DNA from: a virus | Lineage: Duplodnaviria; Caudoviricetes | Virus record (IMG/VR): IMGVR_UViG_3300020050_005381 | Span: 2,095 to 66,094 of that record | DNA length: 64,000 nucleotides | Strand: one strand, 5' to 3' | Shown: piece after piece, positions 10,056 to 21,162 of the stretch | Numbering within the stretch: the stretch's first letter is position 1 | Layout of the letters: each line of letters opens with the position of its first letter | Notes under the pieces: model-generated | Seen by the model: only the letters and a program-made list of their open reading frames with translations | The model's database searches: none | What the model was told of the DNA's origin: nothing | Translations under genes and position numbers: made by a program

Positions 10056-10435
10056 CACCTGAACAGGAAGCCGCACTAACGGGTGGAGGTGACTGCCAGG
10101 AGCATTTCCATCTCTATGACCAGCGAGCAACACAAACCCTTCTTCAAGGGCTTCATGCCGTTGCCAGCCGACGCACGATAGTTTCTGACACCGTTCTTAC
10201 GGGCATCGAAGACTTTTCGGTCATTGACACCTCTGCGGGAAATGTCCTAATCACCCTGCCGGTAGCCAAGCAGGGGCTGGAATCTGAACTACTGAAGAAG
10301 TTTCCCGAGAACATGGTTATTGTGACTGCGCAGGGAACGGACACCATACTGAACCAACTGAACCCGGTGACTATCTCCTCCGGCAACGCGGCTATTCGCT
10401 TCAAAGCCTTTGACACCGATTGGCGACCAATATGA
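10052..10435 (+). CDS. Putative virion protein
   Basis: DTSAGNVLITLP motif seen in fibre/baseplate-type domains; coupled to neighbours. Confidence 0.55.
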   Translation: MTPEQEAALTGGGDCQEHFHLYDQRATQTLLQGLHAVASRRTIVSDTVLTGIEDFSVIDTSAGNVLITLPVAKQGLESELLKKFPENMVIVTAQGTDTILNQLNPVTISSGNAAIRFKAFDTDWRPI

Positions 10436-11694
10436 GTTATCTTCCTCTTGACCAGATGGCGTTTCGTGACGGTCCTAACCTTGATGCGTTCGGCCGGCTA
10501 CGTGTATCAGACAGCGTTCAGCTATTAGGGGCTGCGCAGGAATACACATTCCATCCCCTAACCTGGGACCATTACACAGCCACCGGGGGCACAGCCACCT
10601 ACAGCACAGCTACCTCAAGCACTGTACTGCGCACCAATGCGGCTACTAGCGGTGCCCGTGCCTTGCGGCAAACTAAAATATATTATCGCTATAACCCAGG
10701 AAAGTCGCATTTAATCAAACTCACGGGAACCCTGCGCAAGAGTGGAACCCCCGCAGGGGCCTCTTTCTCGGCTCTTGGCTATTATGATGATGATAATGGC
10801 GTGTTCTTTCGTGGTAAGTCCAGCGGCGTCTATGTAGTCAACCGCAGTAACACCTCGGGGTCAGTGGTGGAAACCGAGGTATTACAGTCGAACTGGAACC
10901 TTGACAAAATGGATGGAACAGGTTCGTCTGGCGTTACCGTTGACTGGACCAAAGAACAGATATTCATAATGGACCTCCAGTGGTTGGGGGCCGGTAGAGT
11001 CCGTTTTGGTATGCTCGTCGGCGGTGCAGTTATTTACGTGCATGAGATGCTTAATGCCAATCTGACGACGGCTGTGTATATACGAACAGCGAACCTCCCC
11101 GTTCGGTATGAGGTATTCAACTCTGGGGGTGCTGGGGCGGATATCTCCATGGAGGCCATCTGTGCTTCTGTTGATTCTGAAGCAGGTGTGCAAGAGGATA
11201 ATTTCTACCCGTTCTCCTACTCTGCTTACTTGACGCCGATGTCACTTGACACTACGCTAAGGCCCGTCATCACACGTCGGCTTCGTGACACATTCAATGG
11301 CCTTACGGTTAGGGGGCATTCGCAGTTAGGCGACTTTCAGCTTCGTATTGGTACTAACGATGTTTATTGGGAAATCCGTTTCAATCAGACTATAGTTATC
11401 GGTGGCGGCGGTTCAGCTACGGTAAATAATGTGGATACGACCAACTCAATAACCGAGTATGATACTTATACAGGGGCTGCGAACACCGTTTCAGGGGGCG
11501 TGTTAGTAGCCAGTGGATTCGCGGCTACCGGCTCAGGGGCGGCTCGGGCTATCTCACAGGCATTACTGGGTGATTCTCTTCTGCTGATTGGTCGCACGTA
11601 TGCTAACGCTCGGGACTCTTTCACACTGTCTGCCCGCTCAATGACAGGTTCCGCTACCTTGTCGCTTGCTGCCAACATCAAGGAACAATACTGA
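10432..11694 (+). CDS. Virion protein with lectin/beta-sandwich-like domain
   Basis: DAFGRLRVS start, YNPGKS, DLQWLGAGRVRFG motifs. Confidence 0.65.
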   Translation: MSYLPLDQMAFRDGPNLDAFGRLRVSDSVQLLGAAQEYTFHPLTWDHYTATGGTATYSTATSSTVLRTNAATSGARALRQTKIYYRYNPGKSHLIKLTGTLRKSGTPAGASFSALGYYDDDNGVFFRGKSSGVYVVNRSNTSGSVVETEVLQSNWNLDKMDGTGSSGVTVDWTKEQIFIMDLQWLGAGRVRFGMLVGGAVIYVHEMLNANLTTAVYIRTANLPVRYEVFNSGGAGADISMEAICASVDSEAGVQEDNFYPFSYSAYLTPMSLDTTLRPVITRRLRDTFNGLTVRGHSQLGDFQLRIGTNDVYWEIRFNQTIVIGGGGSATVNNVDTTNSITEYDTYTGAANTVSGGVLVASGFAATGSGAARAISQALLGDSLLLIGRTYANARDSFTLSARSMTGSATLSLAANIKEQY

Positions 11695-13442
11695 TGGCCG
11701 AGATTAAGGAAGTATTTCAAATCACCACGCCTGCCGGGGTTAAGCGCGATGGAACTCAGCTGGATGGTGACAACTACGTGGATGCCCAGTGGTGTCGGTT
11801 TATTCGTAGAGAGGGGCGCCCTAAGAAGATGGGAGGTTATCAGGAAGTGAATTCCCTACTTCCTGGGCCGTCACGAGCAATTCTGGTCTGGACACGAGGG
11901 GACTTCAACTCCATCGTGAGTGGTTCTCAGTTTGGTATTAACCAAGCTAATATTGACAAGAATGGTGGAGCTGGACCTTCCTATGACAGAACTCCTGTGG
12001 GGTGGAGCACTTTTGACGGCGCTTGGACTTTGGACAGTATGTATGACGATGCTGTGGGAAGCCAAGGAACCATCATTGTGGCACATCGCACTAATAATAT
12101 CGGCAGCATTGATGACCCTAGCCCTACTCCTGTTTATTATGGGCTAGCGAATGATACCTCTATTTTCACAGCCATTCCAGGACTTTCGGTGTCAGGTGGG
12201 ATCGTCTGTATATCACCTTACCTCGTCTACTATGGCTCGGATGGCCTAGTAGGGTGGTCAGACATCAACCAGCCACAGACGCTAACGGGCGGCGATTCTG
12301 GCTCCGATCGCATAACGGGAGCTAAAGTAGTCAAAGGTCTCCCACTACGCTCTGCCTCGGGTCCGGCTGCACTACTCTGGTCTCTGGATTCAGTGATTCG
12401 CATGGACTATGTGGGCGGCGCAGCGATCTTCAAGTTTTCGACGGTTACTGCCCAGTCCAGTATTTTGTCACAGAATTCGGTGATCGAGTACGACGGTGAC
12501 TATTTCTGGATTGGCATTGACAGATTCATGGCTTACTCGGGTGGCAAGGTCATTGAAGTACCAAACGAACTTAGCAAGAACTATTTCTTTGACAACCTGA
12601 ACTTCAGCCAGAGACAGAAAGTGTGGGCCACTAAGATCCCCCGCTTTGGTGAGATCATTTGGTTCTTCCCCTTTGGTGATTCGGTTGAATGCAACAAGGC
12701 TGTGGTGTTCAATATGAACCTGAAGACTTGGTACGACTTTGACCTGTCGCGTACTGCTGGCTATTACTCGCAAGTCTTTAATCGCCCCGTGTGGGCTTCT
12801 ACCAACTCTTCCGACCTGATGCGTCTGACCATTAGTGCGCCGACGGGTACTATTTCTGCGGGAGACACACTTCGCGGGAACACTACGGATGAGCTGGGGT
12901 TTGTTCAGTTTGTTGAATCAACTACTTCCTTCCTGGTTCGCCCGTTGCCTGTGTCAGAGGCTTGGGGAACGGTGTTCAGTGTAGGTGAAACTGTAACCAA
13001 CCTGTCTCAGGTCGGTGGTGGGATGGTTGATAGCGTTGTTCCATTGGGCAGTGCATACATCCACGAAAAAGGTTTGAACGCCATTACAATGAATGAAGAG
13101 ACGGCGATCGAATCTTGGTTTGAGACCTCGGACTTTGGTTACCCCACGGGTGGTTCTCAACCCAATGGTATAAAAGGGCTTAACCGATGGGCTCGGCTTG
13201 CACGCATAGAACCTGACTTTATCATGGAAGGTGACATGACCGTGGAGGTTATTGGTCGTGAATTCGCCCAGAGTCCTGATATTACCAGCGAGCCGTTTAC
13301 TTTTGACTCGACTACGGGTAAAATAGATTTACGAGAACAGAGAAGGCAGATACGTCTTCGCTTCACCAGTAACACGCTAAATGGGAATTACGAAATGGGT
13401 CGTACGATCCTGCACATCGAACCCGGCGACACTCGCTCGTAA
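11694..13442 (+). CDS. Tail nozzle / tail tubular protein B (P22 gp10-like stabilisation protein)
   Basis: 582 aa, beta-propeller-like, PKKMGGY N-terminus, KIDLR...RQIRLRF C-terminus; precedes ejection proteins. Confidence 0.7.
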   Translation: MAEIKEVFQITTPAGVKRDGTQLDGDNYVDAQWCRFIRREGRPKKMGGYQEVNSLLPGPSRAILVWTRGDFNSIVSGSQFGINQANIDKNGGAGPSYDRTPVGWSTFDGAWTLDSMYDDAVGSQGTIIVAHRTNNIGSIDDPSPTPVYYGLANDTSIFTAIPGLSVSGGIVCISPYLVYYGSDGLVGWSDINQPQTLTGGDSGSDRITGAKVVKGLPLRSASGPAALLWSLDSVIRMDYVGGAAIFKFSTVTAQSSILSQNSVIEYDGDYFWIGIDRFMAYSGGKVIEVPNELSKNYFFDNLNFSQRQKVWATKIPRFGEIIWFFPFGDSVECNKAVVFNMNLKTWYDFDLSRTAGYYSQVFNRPVWASTNSSDLMRLTISAPTGTISAGDTLRGNTTDELGFVQFVESTTSFLVRPLPVSEAWGTVFSVGETVTNLSQVGGGMVDSVVPLGSAYIHEKGLNAITMNEETAIESWFETSDFGYPTGGSQPNGIKGLNRWARLARIEPDFIMEGDMTVEVIGREFAQSPDITSEPFTFDSTTGKIDLREQRRQIRLRFTSNTLNGNYEMGRTILHIEPGDTRS

Positions 13443-13452
13443 GGGATTTTAA

Positions 13453-13956
13453 GTGGGCCGAACATACCCCTCACAGGAACAGCTCAAACAGCTGATGCGT
13501 TATGACCCAGAAGTGGGTAAGTTTTTCTGGCTGAACACCCGTAATTCGCGGGTGATGGCGGGTGATGAGGCAGGTTGGATCTCACGTTCTGGGGTGTACA
13601 TCCGGATCAGTGGTAGTAACTTCCCCGCACATTGCTTAGCCTACTTATATGTAACGGGGTCTTTGCCGTCTAAGGGATGCAATATTGACCATGAGAATGG
13701 GAACAACCTGGATAATCGCTGGATAAATCTTAGAAAAGCGACTTACTCACAGAATAGTTGTAACCGGGCTCCTCAGTCAAACAGTAAGACTGGCGTTAAG
13801 AATGTATGCTTTCACCAGGGACTCTCTAAGTGGCGTGTTCAGGTCTCCTCTAAAGCCCATGGAAGATATCAAGGACTCTTTAAGGACTTTGAGTTGGCTT
13901 GCCTAGTCGCTGAAGAAGCCCGGGCTTTGTACCACAAAAACTTTGCTCGTGGATAG
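13453..13956 (+). CDS. HNH homing endonuclease with AP2-like C-terminal domain
   Basis: IDHENGNNLDNRWINLRKATYSQN; GVKNVCF...WRVQV; GTG start; free-standing between structural genes. Confidence 0.85.
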   Translation: MGRTYPSQEQLKQLMRYDPEVGKFFWLNTRNSRVMAGDEAGWISRSGVYIRISGSNFPAHCLAYLYVTGSLPSKGCNIDHENGNNLDNRWINLRKATYSQNSCNRAPQSNSKTGVKNVCFHQGLSKWRVQVSSKAHGRYQGLFKDFELACLVAEEARALYHKNFARG

Positions 13957-13965
13957 AAGCTAACA

Positions 13966-15933
13966 ATGGCAAATTCCTTCTCTGGTACTAATACCTTCAG
14001 CGACCCCAACCGCGTCGCTGAGATGGAGACACGTCAACGGGTCAATCTTGGTTCTCTCCAAGATAAGGGGTTGGCTTCGGTTCTCCAGCAAGACCTGGGG
14101 TTGACCTCCCCTAGCTCATACAACAAATTTGGTGTCTCCTCTCTGGCTGATCTGAACAAGGCCGCGGGTAACTACTCTGCCGTGGACCGCACTGGTTGGT
14201 TGGACCAGTATAAGACTGCAGTCAATCCTTACCTTGCGGGGTCGTCTACGGTCAATCGCAATGTGGGCTATGCGAAACGTGATAACCTGGATGATATTGA
14301 AAGCAAGCTATCCTCCACCGCGATGCCAGAGGGCTTCACGAAGAAGCAACTAGACGCTTACCGCTTTGAGCTGATGGACCCCACTGGTAAGTCCCTGGGG
14401 GAGAAGTATTATGGCATCGATGACATTCTTCGCAACACCTACCGTAACCAGCTAGGGCAAGTGACGGAAGCTGGATACGTTGACCCGAACTATGTGAAGC
14501 CAGATGACCCTACGGTGTTCTGGAACCCCAAGTACGAGAAGACGGCTGAACAGAAGATGTGGGAGCAGTTTCTGGCTGGCCGGAATGAGCGGGAGTATCG
14601 CCCCGGCGCTACGCTAAAGCCCGGGGCATGGGGTATTAAGGTTTTGGCCGATGGCTCTTGGGGCTATGATCCTGATCAGTATGACACCGTGGCCGCTAGC
14701 AAGAAAGCGTACAGATGGGGTGACTCACTGTATGACACTAATGAAGCTGCTACCGCAGCTCGTGAAAACCAGATATACCGTCGACCCAACCAGTATCGTA
14801 ACCTCATGGAGAAATATGAGGCGGCTGGCGAAGGTGGGATGAACTCACAGAATTGGAAGGGGAACTACGGCGGCGATAACACGTTCTCTGGAGCCTCGGC
14901 TATTGCTCAGCTGGGGGGTGACCTCAACATGGTTGTTGATCCGAAGACGGGACAATGGTCAGTTGGGGGCTACAAGATTGATCCGGGTGAGCTTACACCC
15001 GAGGCCATGAGAGACTACGGCTATACCCAGTACGTGGAACAGGGTAAGCAGAAGAAAAGAGGGGGATTCATGGGTCAGATGATCCGTGACTTGTCAGGTG
15101 GCCTCTCGGTTATTATGCCAGATCAGTTCGACCCATCGCCATATGCTGGTAAGCGGGTCACGGAGTATGGTGGCAACCAGCTCTATCGTGACTACGGAGA
15201 TAATGCTGACGAGATTAAGGAGCTGATTCGACGTACCTCTGGTGGATCGCTGATGATCAATGAAGCTGACCTGGCTAAGATTCCGGCATTCCAAAATCGG
15301 AACATCCATGACTATAATACTAAGTCCCAGGACATTCTGATCCCTAACATGAATGCTCTGCAGAACATGACTATGGCTGGCACTGTGGCTGACGTCTTGT
15401 TCCCGCAGTTTACCTGGGGTGGCGGTGCTGCTGGTGCTCAGTCCATGTGGGCAGAACTCAACAAAGAAGCCACGGGACAGAGCAGCGGTGATATCGCCCA
15501 GCAGGGTCTAAAGAACTGGGGCAAGGGGGCTCTTACCGCTTATCTGAGTGGAGTGGGTGGCGATATTGGTGCGGGTATGGGAACCGCTGGAACGGCTACA
15601 GCCACAGCTGGCAAGACCATTGGTTCAGGTCTGGGTGCTGCTGCGGGTAGCGCCATTGGTCAGGGCCTCACCACGGGAGATTGGGGAGACGCAGCTAAGG
15701 GCTTTGGTAAAGGCGCTCTAAGCTCCCTGATAGGTGCTGGTCTTGGACTAGGGGCCGGATCTGTAGGACTCAACCCAGCTCTCTCTAGTGCCATTCAACG
15801 ACTGGGTCGCATGGGGGCTTCTACGGCTCTCTCTGGAAAGACCCCGACAAATCAACAAACTGTAAGCATGTTGCTTGGTACGCTATTAGGCGGGCTGGGT
15901 CAATACAACCAATCTAGCAAATATAGGTCATAA
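13966..15933 (+). CDS. Internal virion / ejection protein
   Basis: 655 aa, G/A-rich hydrophobic C-terminus, position after nozzle gene. Confidence 0.55.
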   Translation: MANSFSGTNTFSDPNRVAEMETRQRVNLGSLQDKGLASVLQQDLGLTSPSSYNKFGVSSLADLNKAAGNYSAVDRTGWLDQYKTAVNPYLAGSSTVNRNVGYAKRDNLDDIESKLSSTAMPEGFTKKQLDAYRFELMDPTGKSLGEKYYGIDDILRNTYRNQLGQVTEAGYVDPNYVKPDDPTVFWNPKYEKTAEQKMWEQFLAGRNEREYRPGATLKPGAWGIKVLADGSWGYDPDQYDTVAASKKAYRWGDSLYDTNEAATAARENQIYRRPNQYRNLMEKYEAAGEGGMNSQNWKGNYGGDNTFSGASAIAQLGGDLNMVVDPKTGQWSVGGYKIDPGELTPEAMRDYGYTQYVEQGKQKKRGGFMGQMIRDLSGGLSVIMPDQFDPSPYAGKRVTEYGGNQLYRDYGDNADEIKELIRRTSGGSLMINEADLAKIPAFQNRNIHDYNTKSQDILIPNMNALQNMTMAGTVADVLFPQFTWGGGAAGAQSMWAELNKEATGQSSGDIAQQGLKNWGKGALTAYLSGVGGDIGAGMGTAGTATATAGKTIGSGLGAAAGSAIGQGLTTGDWGDAAKGFGKGALSSLIGAGLGLGAGSVGLNPALSSAIQRLGRMGASTALSGKTPTNQQTVSMLLGTLLGGLGQYNQSSKYRS

Positions 15934-15934
15934 A

Positions 15935-17197
15935 ATGGCATGGGACGACTCTGAATTCACCTCACCTGATTACTCTATGTATGAGGGTGACTCAAACTAC
16001 ACTTTTGACCCCTCATTCACCGATTACTATGGTGATAGCTCTTTCATGCCCGAGGGCTATGAGTCCATGGGCTATGAGAATCCCACATTTGACCTATATG
16101 ATCAACTGGCCCAGAGCGGTATCATCGGCCAAGACTCCTACGGGATGCCAGACCTATCCGCGCTATATGCCATGGACCCAGAAATGGCCTCGGACATCGG
16201 GGCTGGCACTGAGTATTCCTCAGATCAGCTCCAGGGGCTGGCTTCTAACCTAAGCTCCCCAATGCAAAGCACTCTTCAGACCGCTATGGCGGCTGATCCA
16301 GTTGCCGCAGCTGGCATCCAGCAGGTGGGTCCCGGCATGTATCTGGACAGCTCGGGACAACTTCTGGACGAGGTTCAGCTACAAGATAAGCTCACCCAGA
16401 TCTCTCAGCCCAGTATGGGCCAGATGCGGGGTTTTCAATCCAATCCGTTTGGAACCTCCCCTTACACCAATGACATCGGCATCACCGGGATGTATTCACC
16501 CTCGGGAGACCCCAGAAGCCAACAGTTTATGACGCTAACTCGTGATGAGCTAAGCAACTCAGGTGGTGTAGGTACCCCTCTGGGTGAAGGCTTAACTGAC
16601 CCCTATATGGCGGAAAGAGCTCAGGAAAGTGGACCTAATTATGGTGCATTGATGAAGTTGCTGAATAGTTCTTTTGGTTCCATGGGCTCCCCTAATACCT
16701 CCTCAGCCAGCAAAACTGCCACGCTCCCTTTGCAGCAGCGGGACGCTCAGGGTAACCTGACTAAGGCTCAGACTGGCCTGAATACCGCGGCTATGATGGC
16801 TATGATCGGCGAGGCTATGCGCAACAAGAGCGTTAACGCCACCCCGGGTGCTGGTGATCTTCGTGGCGCTGATGCCTGGTCTGTGGGACGTGCCGCGGGC
16901 TCAGGTCGCAAGAAGAAAGCCGAAGGCGGCCTGGCGGCTTACGCTAAGGGCGGTCATGTAAGCGACCCATACTCCCATGGGGGTCAAGCCGACACTGTAA
17001 AAGCTTTGCTTTCTGGGGGCGAGTATGTTATGGACGCCGATATAGTCTCCTCCCTGGGTGATGGTGATACTAACGCTGGGGCTGCCAAATTGGATCAGAT
17101 GCGTCAAGCTGTTCGCAAACACAAACGCTCGGCACCTTCAGGAAAGATACCCCCGAAAGCCAAGTCACCCCTTGAGTATATGAAAGGAGCCAAATAA
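15935..17197 (+). CDS. Internal virion / ejection protein
   Basis: Acidic low-complexity N-terminus; C-terminal AEGGLAAYAKGG...ALLSGGEYVMDADIVSSLGDG motif as in tape-measure/ejection proteins. Confidence 0.6.
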   Translation: MAWDDSEFTSPDYSMYEGDSNYTFDPSFTDYYGDSSFMPEGYESMGYENPTFDLYDQLAQSGIIGQDSYGMPDLSALYAMDPEMASDIGAGTEYSSDQLQGLASNLSSPMQSTLQTAMAADPVAAAGIQQVGPGMYLDSSGQLLDEVQLQDKLTQISQPSMGQMRGFQSNPFGTSPYTNDIGITGMYSPSGDPRSQQFMTLTRDELSNSGGVGTPLGEGLTDPYMAERAQESGPNYGALMKLLNSSFGSMGSPNTSSASKTATLPLQQRDAQGNLTKAQTGLNTAAMMAMIGEAMRNKSVNATPGAGDLRGADAWSVGRAAGSGRKKKAEGGLAAYAKGGHVSDPYSHGGQADTVKALLSGGEYVMDADIVSSLGDGDTNAGAAKLDQMRQAVRKHKRSAPSGKIPPKAKSPLEYMKGAK

Positions 17198-17931
17198 TGG
17201 CTACCGGAGCTTATCCCGAACCAGGTCAAACGGTCAACTACAACAACCCCGCTTACTATACTGACACGGGTACTCAGTTTGCTGGGGGTGTCCAAGACCT
17301 GCTGGGTCAGAATGGTTACATCAATGATGTAGCAAACAACTGGTATAGTGATTCCCCCACTCAGGGTGCTCTGGGTCAATATGCCCAGTACAATCAGGGG
17401 ACCATGAATAACTTCATGAACCCCTACACCCAGAATGTGGTCAACGAACAGGCTCGGCTGTCAAACCAGAACCTAAATGAGCAGATTCTCCCCGGGGTCA
17501 ATAGCACGTTCGCTGGTGCTGGGCAGTTTGGATCCACTCGCAATGCTGACTTCACCAATCGTGCTATCCGTGATCAGCAGCAGAATCTCATGGGTCAGCA
17601 GGGTCAGACGCTGTTCAACGCTCAGAATCAGGCTAATACCAACTACAAAGACTGGACTCAGATGGGTCTAGGTGCTGGTCAGCAGGACTTCACTAACTGG
17701 CAGGCTCAGGCTAACTATCCTCTGTCAGCGCTTACGCAGGTTGGTCAGATGTATGGCAATCTTCGCCCAGCTCAACCGAGCAGCATCAATACTAGTAGCG
17801 TAGACACCGGTGGCAATCTTCAGAAGCTGGGTAGTGTCCTGTCCATCCTGAACACTGGTCTGAATGACTCTACCATCCAGTCTCTGCTGGGTTGGGCTGG
17901 TCTGCAGGGTGCTGTTCCTACCAGGAGCTAA
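17197..17931 (+). CDS. Internal virion / DNA-ejection (pilot) protein
   Basis: Q/N-rich; FMNPYTQNVV...AGQFGSTR motif of pilot proteins. Confidence 0.65.
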   Translation: MATGAYPEPGQTVNYNNPAYYTDTGTQFAGGVQDLLGQNGYINDVANNWYSDSPTQGALGQYAQYNQGTMNNFMNPYTQNVVNEQARLSNQNLNEQILPGVNSTFAGAGQFGSTRNADFTNRAIRDQQQNLMGQQGQTLFNAQNQANTNYKDWTQMGLGAGQQDFTNWQAQANYPLSALTQVGQMYGNLRPAQPSSINTSSVDTGGNLQKLGSVLSILNTGLNDSTIQSLLGWAGLQGAVPTRS

Positions 17932-17932
17932 C

Positions 17933-19390
17933 ATGGATGATATTACCCTTCCTCAAGCCGCCACCTCCAATAATGTAACGGGGGCGCTTCAACAGCTTCT
18001 GCTCTCTCGGGTAAAGACCCCCGAGCAGGCTCAGCAGGTCCAGCAGCGTCGTCAACAGTCTCTACAGGACTACCAGACTGAGCTGAAGGCTCCCCCGATG
18101 GGCGGCTACACCGGAACCGAGCACTCTCTGTATAACTGGATTGGAAACATTCCTCATAACACCCCGGCTAATGCTCTGTATAAAGGCATTTCAGCCGGGG
18201 GTGATTGGGTGAAGAACAATGCTCAGGGTCTCCAGTCAGGCCGTACCGCTGCGGCTAAGGTGGGGTATGAGGATGCTAAGAATGAGGATTCTGAGTCCCT
18301 AAGAGAGCTGGCATCTATCTCTGCGCTATCTAAGGGCTTGACTCCTCGTGGTGGGGCGGGCTCATTCATCCAGTTTAAGGATGACAAAGGCAACCTGTAC
18401 ATCATGAACAAGTCCACTGGTGAGCGTGAGCTCATTCCCGCCAGTGGTGCTCCCATGTGGGATAAGGTCTATCGCCAGGCTTTCGACAAGCTTACGGGTG
18501 AGGATGACCCCGAGGCGCATGATAAGGCTGTGGTATTCGCCAATCAAACTATCAAGCAATCACCCCTGGGAGTGGCTACAGAAGATACAGTTCAGAAGCC
18601 GACGGCTCCTGTGGCTGGGCCAGGGGAACAGACTCTGTCCCTGCCTAAAGGGGTGAAGCCCGAAGCTGAGGCTATGATTACTGAGCAGTTCCAGAAATCA
18701 CTGGCTTTAGCTCAAAACCCTAATACTCGTGATCAGGGTCTAGCTCAGCTGGATGCCCTAAAGAAGCTTTACCCGGTCAACTCCAGCACTACCAAGATGG
18801 ATTACATTGACCCCCGAGGCCGTAAGCAGCAGGAGGGCTATGGCGCTGACGAGGGCAAAGGTCTATACAAAGAGCGTCAGTTGCTAAGTGAGCTTCATGG
18901 GAAGAACTCTCAACTGGTTTCTACTCTGAATACAATGTCTCAGATGTACAGTGATCCGAACGTACCTGAAGGTAAGCTAGGACCCTTTATCCAGGACTTC
19001 CGTTCAGCCATGAAGGGTCTGGGGATTGAGGTAGATAAGAGCACCCCGGATGCCCAGGTATTCGATGCTCTGGCTAAGAAACTAGCTTTGGGTATGAAAT
19101 CAGCTGATGGTACCAACCTGCTTCCCGGTGCCATGTCCAACTACGAGGATCAGTTGCTTCAGTCCATGTCTCCGAGTCTTCAAGGTACTCGTGAGGGGAA
19201 TATTAAGCTTATGCAACTGATGATGGAAGTGGCTAAATCCAACATCCGTATCGCCGAGGAGGGAACCAAGTTGGCTGAGGGTAACAAGAACATGTTAGGC
19301 CCCGACTGGTACAAGCGTAAGGAGCGAGTGATGCGTGAGGAGATGGCTAGACTGAAGATGATCGCTAGTCAGATGGGAGGTCAGCAGTGA
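17933..19390 (+). CDS. Internal virion / ejection protein
   Basis: Helical; PGAMSNYEDQLL motif; in ejection cluster. Confidence 0.55.
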   Translation: MDDITLPQAATSNNVTGALQQLLLSRVKTPEQAQQVQQRRQQSLQDYQTELKAPPMGGYTGTEHSLYNWIGNIPHNTPANALYKGISAGGDWVKNNAQGLQSGRTAAAKVGYEDAKNEDSESLRELASISALSKGLTPRGGAGSFIQFKDDKGNLYIMNKSTGERELIPASGAPMWDKVYRQAFDKLTGEDDPEAHDKAVVFANQTIKQSPLGVATEDTVQKPTAPVAGPGEQTLSLPKGVKPEAEAMITEQFQKSLALAQNPNTRDQGLAQLDALKKLYPVNSSTTKMDYIDPRGRKQQEGYGADEGKGLYKERQLLSELHGKNSQLVSTLNTMSQMYSDPNVPEGKLGPFIQDFRSAMKGLGIEVDKSTPDAQVFDALAKKLALGMKSADGTNLLPGAMSNYEDQLLQSMSPSLQGTREGNIKLMQLMMEVAKSNIRIAEEGTKLAEGNKNMLGPDWYKRKERVMREEMARLKMIASQMGGQQ

Positions 19391-21162
19391 ACTTTCAAGA
19401 AATGTCGGATGAAGAGCTAAACGCCTACATCAATACACCGGTTCAGAAAGCCATAGTGGCCCGTCAGGAGGCTGAAGGCCAGCCGAATCCCCCTGAAGAC
19501 ACCACTCAGGGTATGTCCGATCTTGAGCTTGCTGGTGCGGGTGCGGGCCTGAGGCTGCACCGCATACCCCGTGGCATCAAAGAAATGGGCATCGGGATGT
19601 TTGGAACTCCTGAGGACCTGGCTAGGTATAACGCTGAGAAAGCCGCTAGAGCCCCGATGGAAGAGCAGCTCATGAAGAACTGGGCGGCTAAAGCTGGTAG
19701 CTTTGGTGTGGATATGCTTACGGCTGGAGCCCTTCCAGCTAGAACTGGTCCACAGATCATGTCGGCTATTGGAGGCGCAGCGGCTTCTCCTACCCAGCGT
19801 GACATCAAAGGTCTGGAGGCCCCTACTCGACTAATGCAGGGTGCCGAGGCGGGTGCCACTACGGGACTGATGGCTTTGCCCATGCGTAGTCTTGGTAAGG
19901 CCATCGGGGCGGTAAGAGGCAACTACTCCCCTGAGGGCGTGGAAGCCATGCGACTCAACGAGGCCGCCAAGCGTCTAGGGGTCAACCGGAATGTAGGTGG
20001 ACTAGACCCCTCTTCCTCTTTCAATGCCTTCGAATCTAACATGCCGGGCTATGCTCGTACGGTGGAAGAGCAGGCTAAAGCTTTTACTAACGCGGCACGA
20101 GAAGTAAAGGACATCCCATCAAAATCTGGTAAGTCCTTTGAGAGTCGTAATCTGGAGGGTGAGAAGCTTCGTCAGGGTATCACCGAGGCCGGTGAGAACC
20201 TTCAGGCCCAGGGTAAAAACTTGTGGGAAGAGCTGGACTCGTATATTGTCCAGAATAATCTTCCCGGGGTAGCGGCTCGCAATGCCCAGATCAAAGCGGG
20301 TGAAATCATCCAGAATTACACTCCGATTAACAAGAAAGGCATGCAGCTGGACAAGAATCCCATTCTCCAGCGCATCAATGAGTATGACCCAGACTCGGCC
20401 ACTCTGCTAACCCAGCTACTAAGCAACCCTAAAGCGGTTCCTCAGGTAGCCTTCTCTGATCTACACCAGCTTTCGGCCGCGGTTGGCAAGGCTTACCGTA
20501 GGGCTGAGAAAGATGCGGCGGCACCTGGGGCTCCCGTACTGGATCGCAAAGTTCGTACTGAGCTAAAGAACCTGTATGGTAGCTTGATGTCTGATGTGGA
20601 CTCTTGGGGGACCAAGAATCCAGCGGCTCAGAAGATGTTTGAGGATGCCAAGACTTTCTGGCGTGATGCAGTAGTTCCGGGGGTCCAGACCAATAAGGTA
20701 TTTGGTAAGGCTAGTAAGGGTGTCTATGGTATGAACCCCCGAGGTTACTCCGAACCGGCTCAGCTTTACTCTGACGTGGTAAAGAATCCTCGGGCTATGC
20801 AGGATCTCTACCCATACATGTCTCAGAACGTGAGGGATATGACCGACACCCTGAACACCATGCCAGACATGGCCCGTTCGTTGGTTACTAACTCGCCACA
20901 TCCGCCAGCCCCGGGGATGGGCACACTAACCACTCTGGCGGGGATGTCAGTGGGTAGCCCTTTACAGCTCGCTAAGGGCATGATTTCGCACGCCCCGGGT
21001 TTCAATGGTCTGGTCACTTCTGAGCCCGCTAAGCGCTTCTATTTTGCCAAGGACGCTCTGCGTGATACACCCTTGGGTCGTACCGCTTGGGCCTTAAATC
21101 AGTATCCTCAGGAAGGACTTCAGGGAATGTCCAAGGATCTAAGGGAACGCGGTCGGAAGTAA
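19387..21162 (+). CDS. Internal virion / ejection protein (last of + strand module)
   Basis: 591 aa, A/G-rich helical; GTGA overlap with upstream stop. Confidence 0.55.
   Translation: MNFQEMSDEELNAYINTPVQKAIVARQEAEGQPNPPEDTTQGMSDLELAGAGAGLRLHRIPRGIKEMGIGMFGTPEDLARYNAEKAARAPMEEQLMKNWAAKAGSFGVDMLTAGALPARTGPQIMSAIGGAAASPTQRDIKGLEAPTRLMQGAEAGATTGLMALPMRSLGKAIGAVRGNYSPEGVEAMRLNEAAKRLGVNRNVGGLDPSSSFNAFESNMPGYARTVEEQAKAFTNAAREVKDIPSKSGKSFESRNLEGEKLRQGITEAGENLQAQGKNLWEELDSYIVQNNLPGVAARNAQIKAGEIIQNYTPINKKGMQLDKNPILQRINEYDPDSATLLTQLLSNPKAVPQVAFSDLHQLSAAVGKAYRRAEKDAAAPGAPVLDRKVRTELKNLYGSLMSDVDSWGTKNPAAQKMFEDAKTFWRDAVVPGVQTNKVFGKASKGVYGMNPRGYSEPAQLYSDVVKNPRAMQDLYPYMSQNVRDMTDTLNTMPDMARSLVTNSPHPPAPGMGTLTTLAGMSVGSPLQLAKGMISHAPGFNGLVTSEPAKRFYFAKDALRDTPLGRTAWALNQYPQEGLQGMSKDLRERGRK

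Noticed and set aside
13443-13965. Group I intron or intein around the HNH genes
   Set aside because: Flanking genes are complete with their own starts and stops; polA and terL are uninterrupted
351-21017. Numerous - strand ORFs within the structural module
   Set aside because: Shadow frames of well-supported + strand genes
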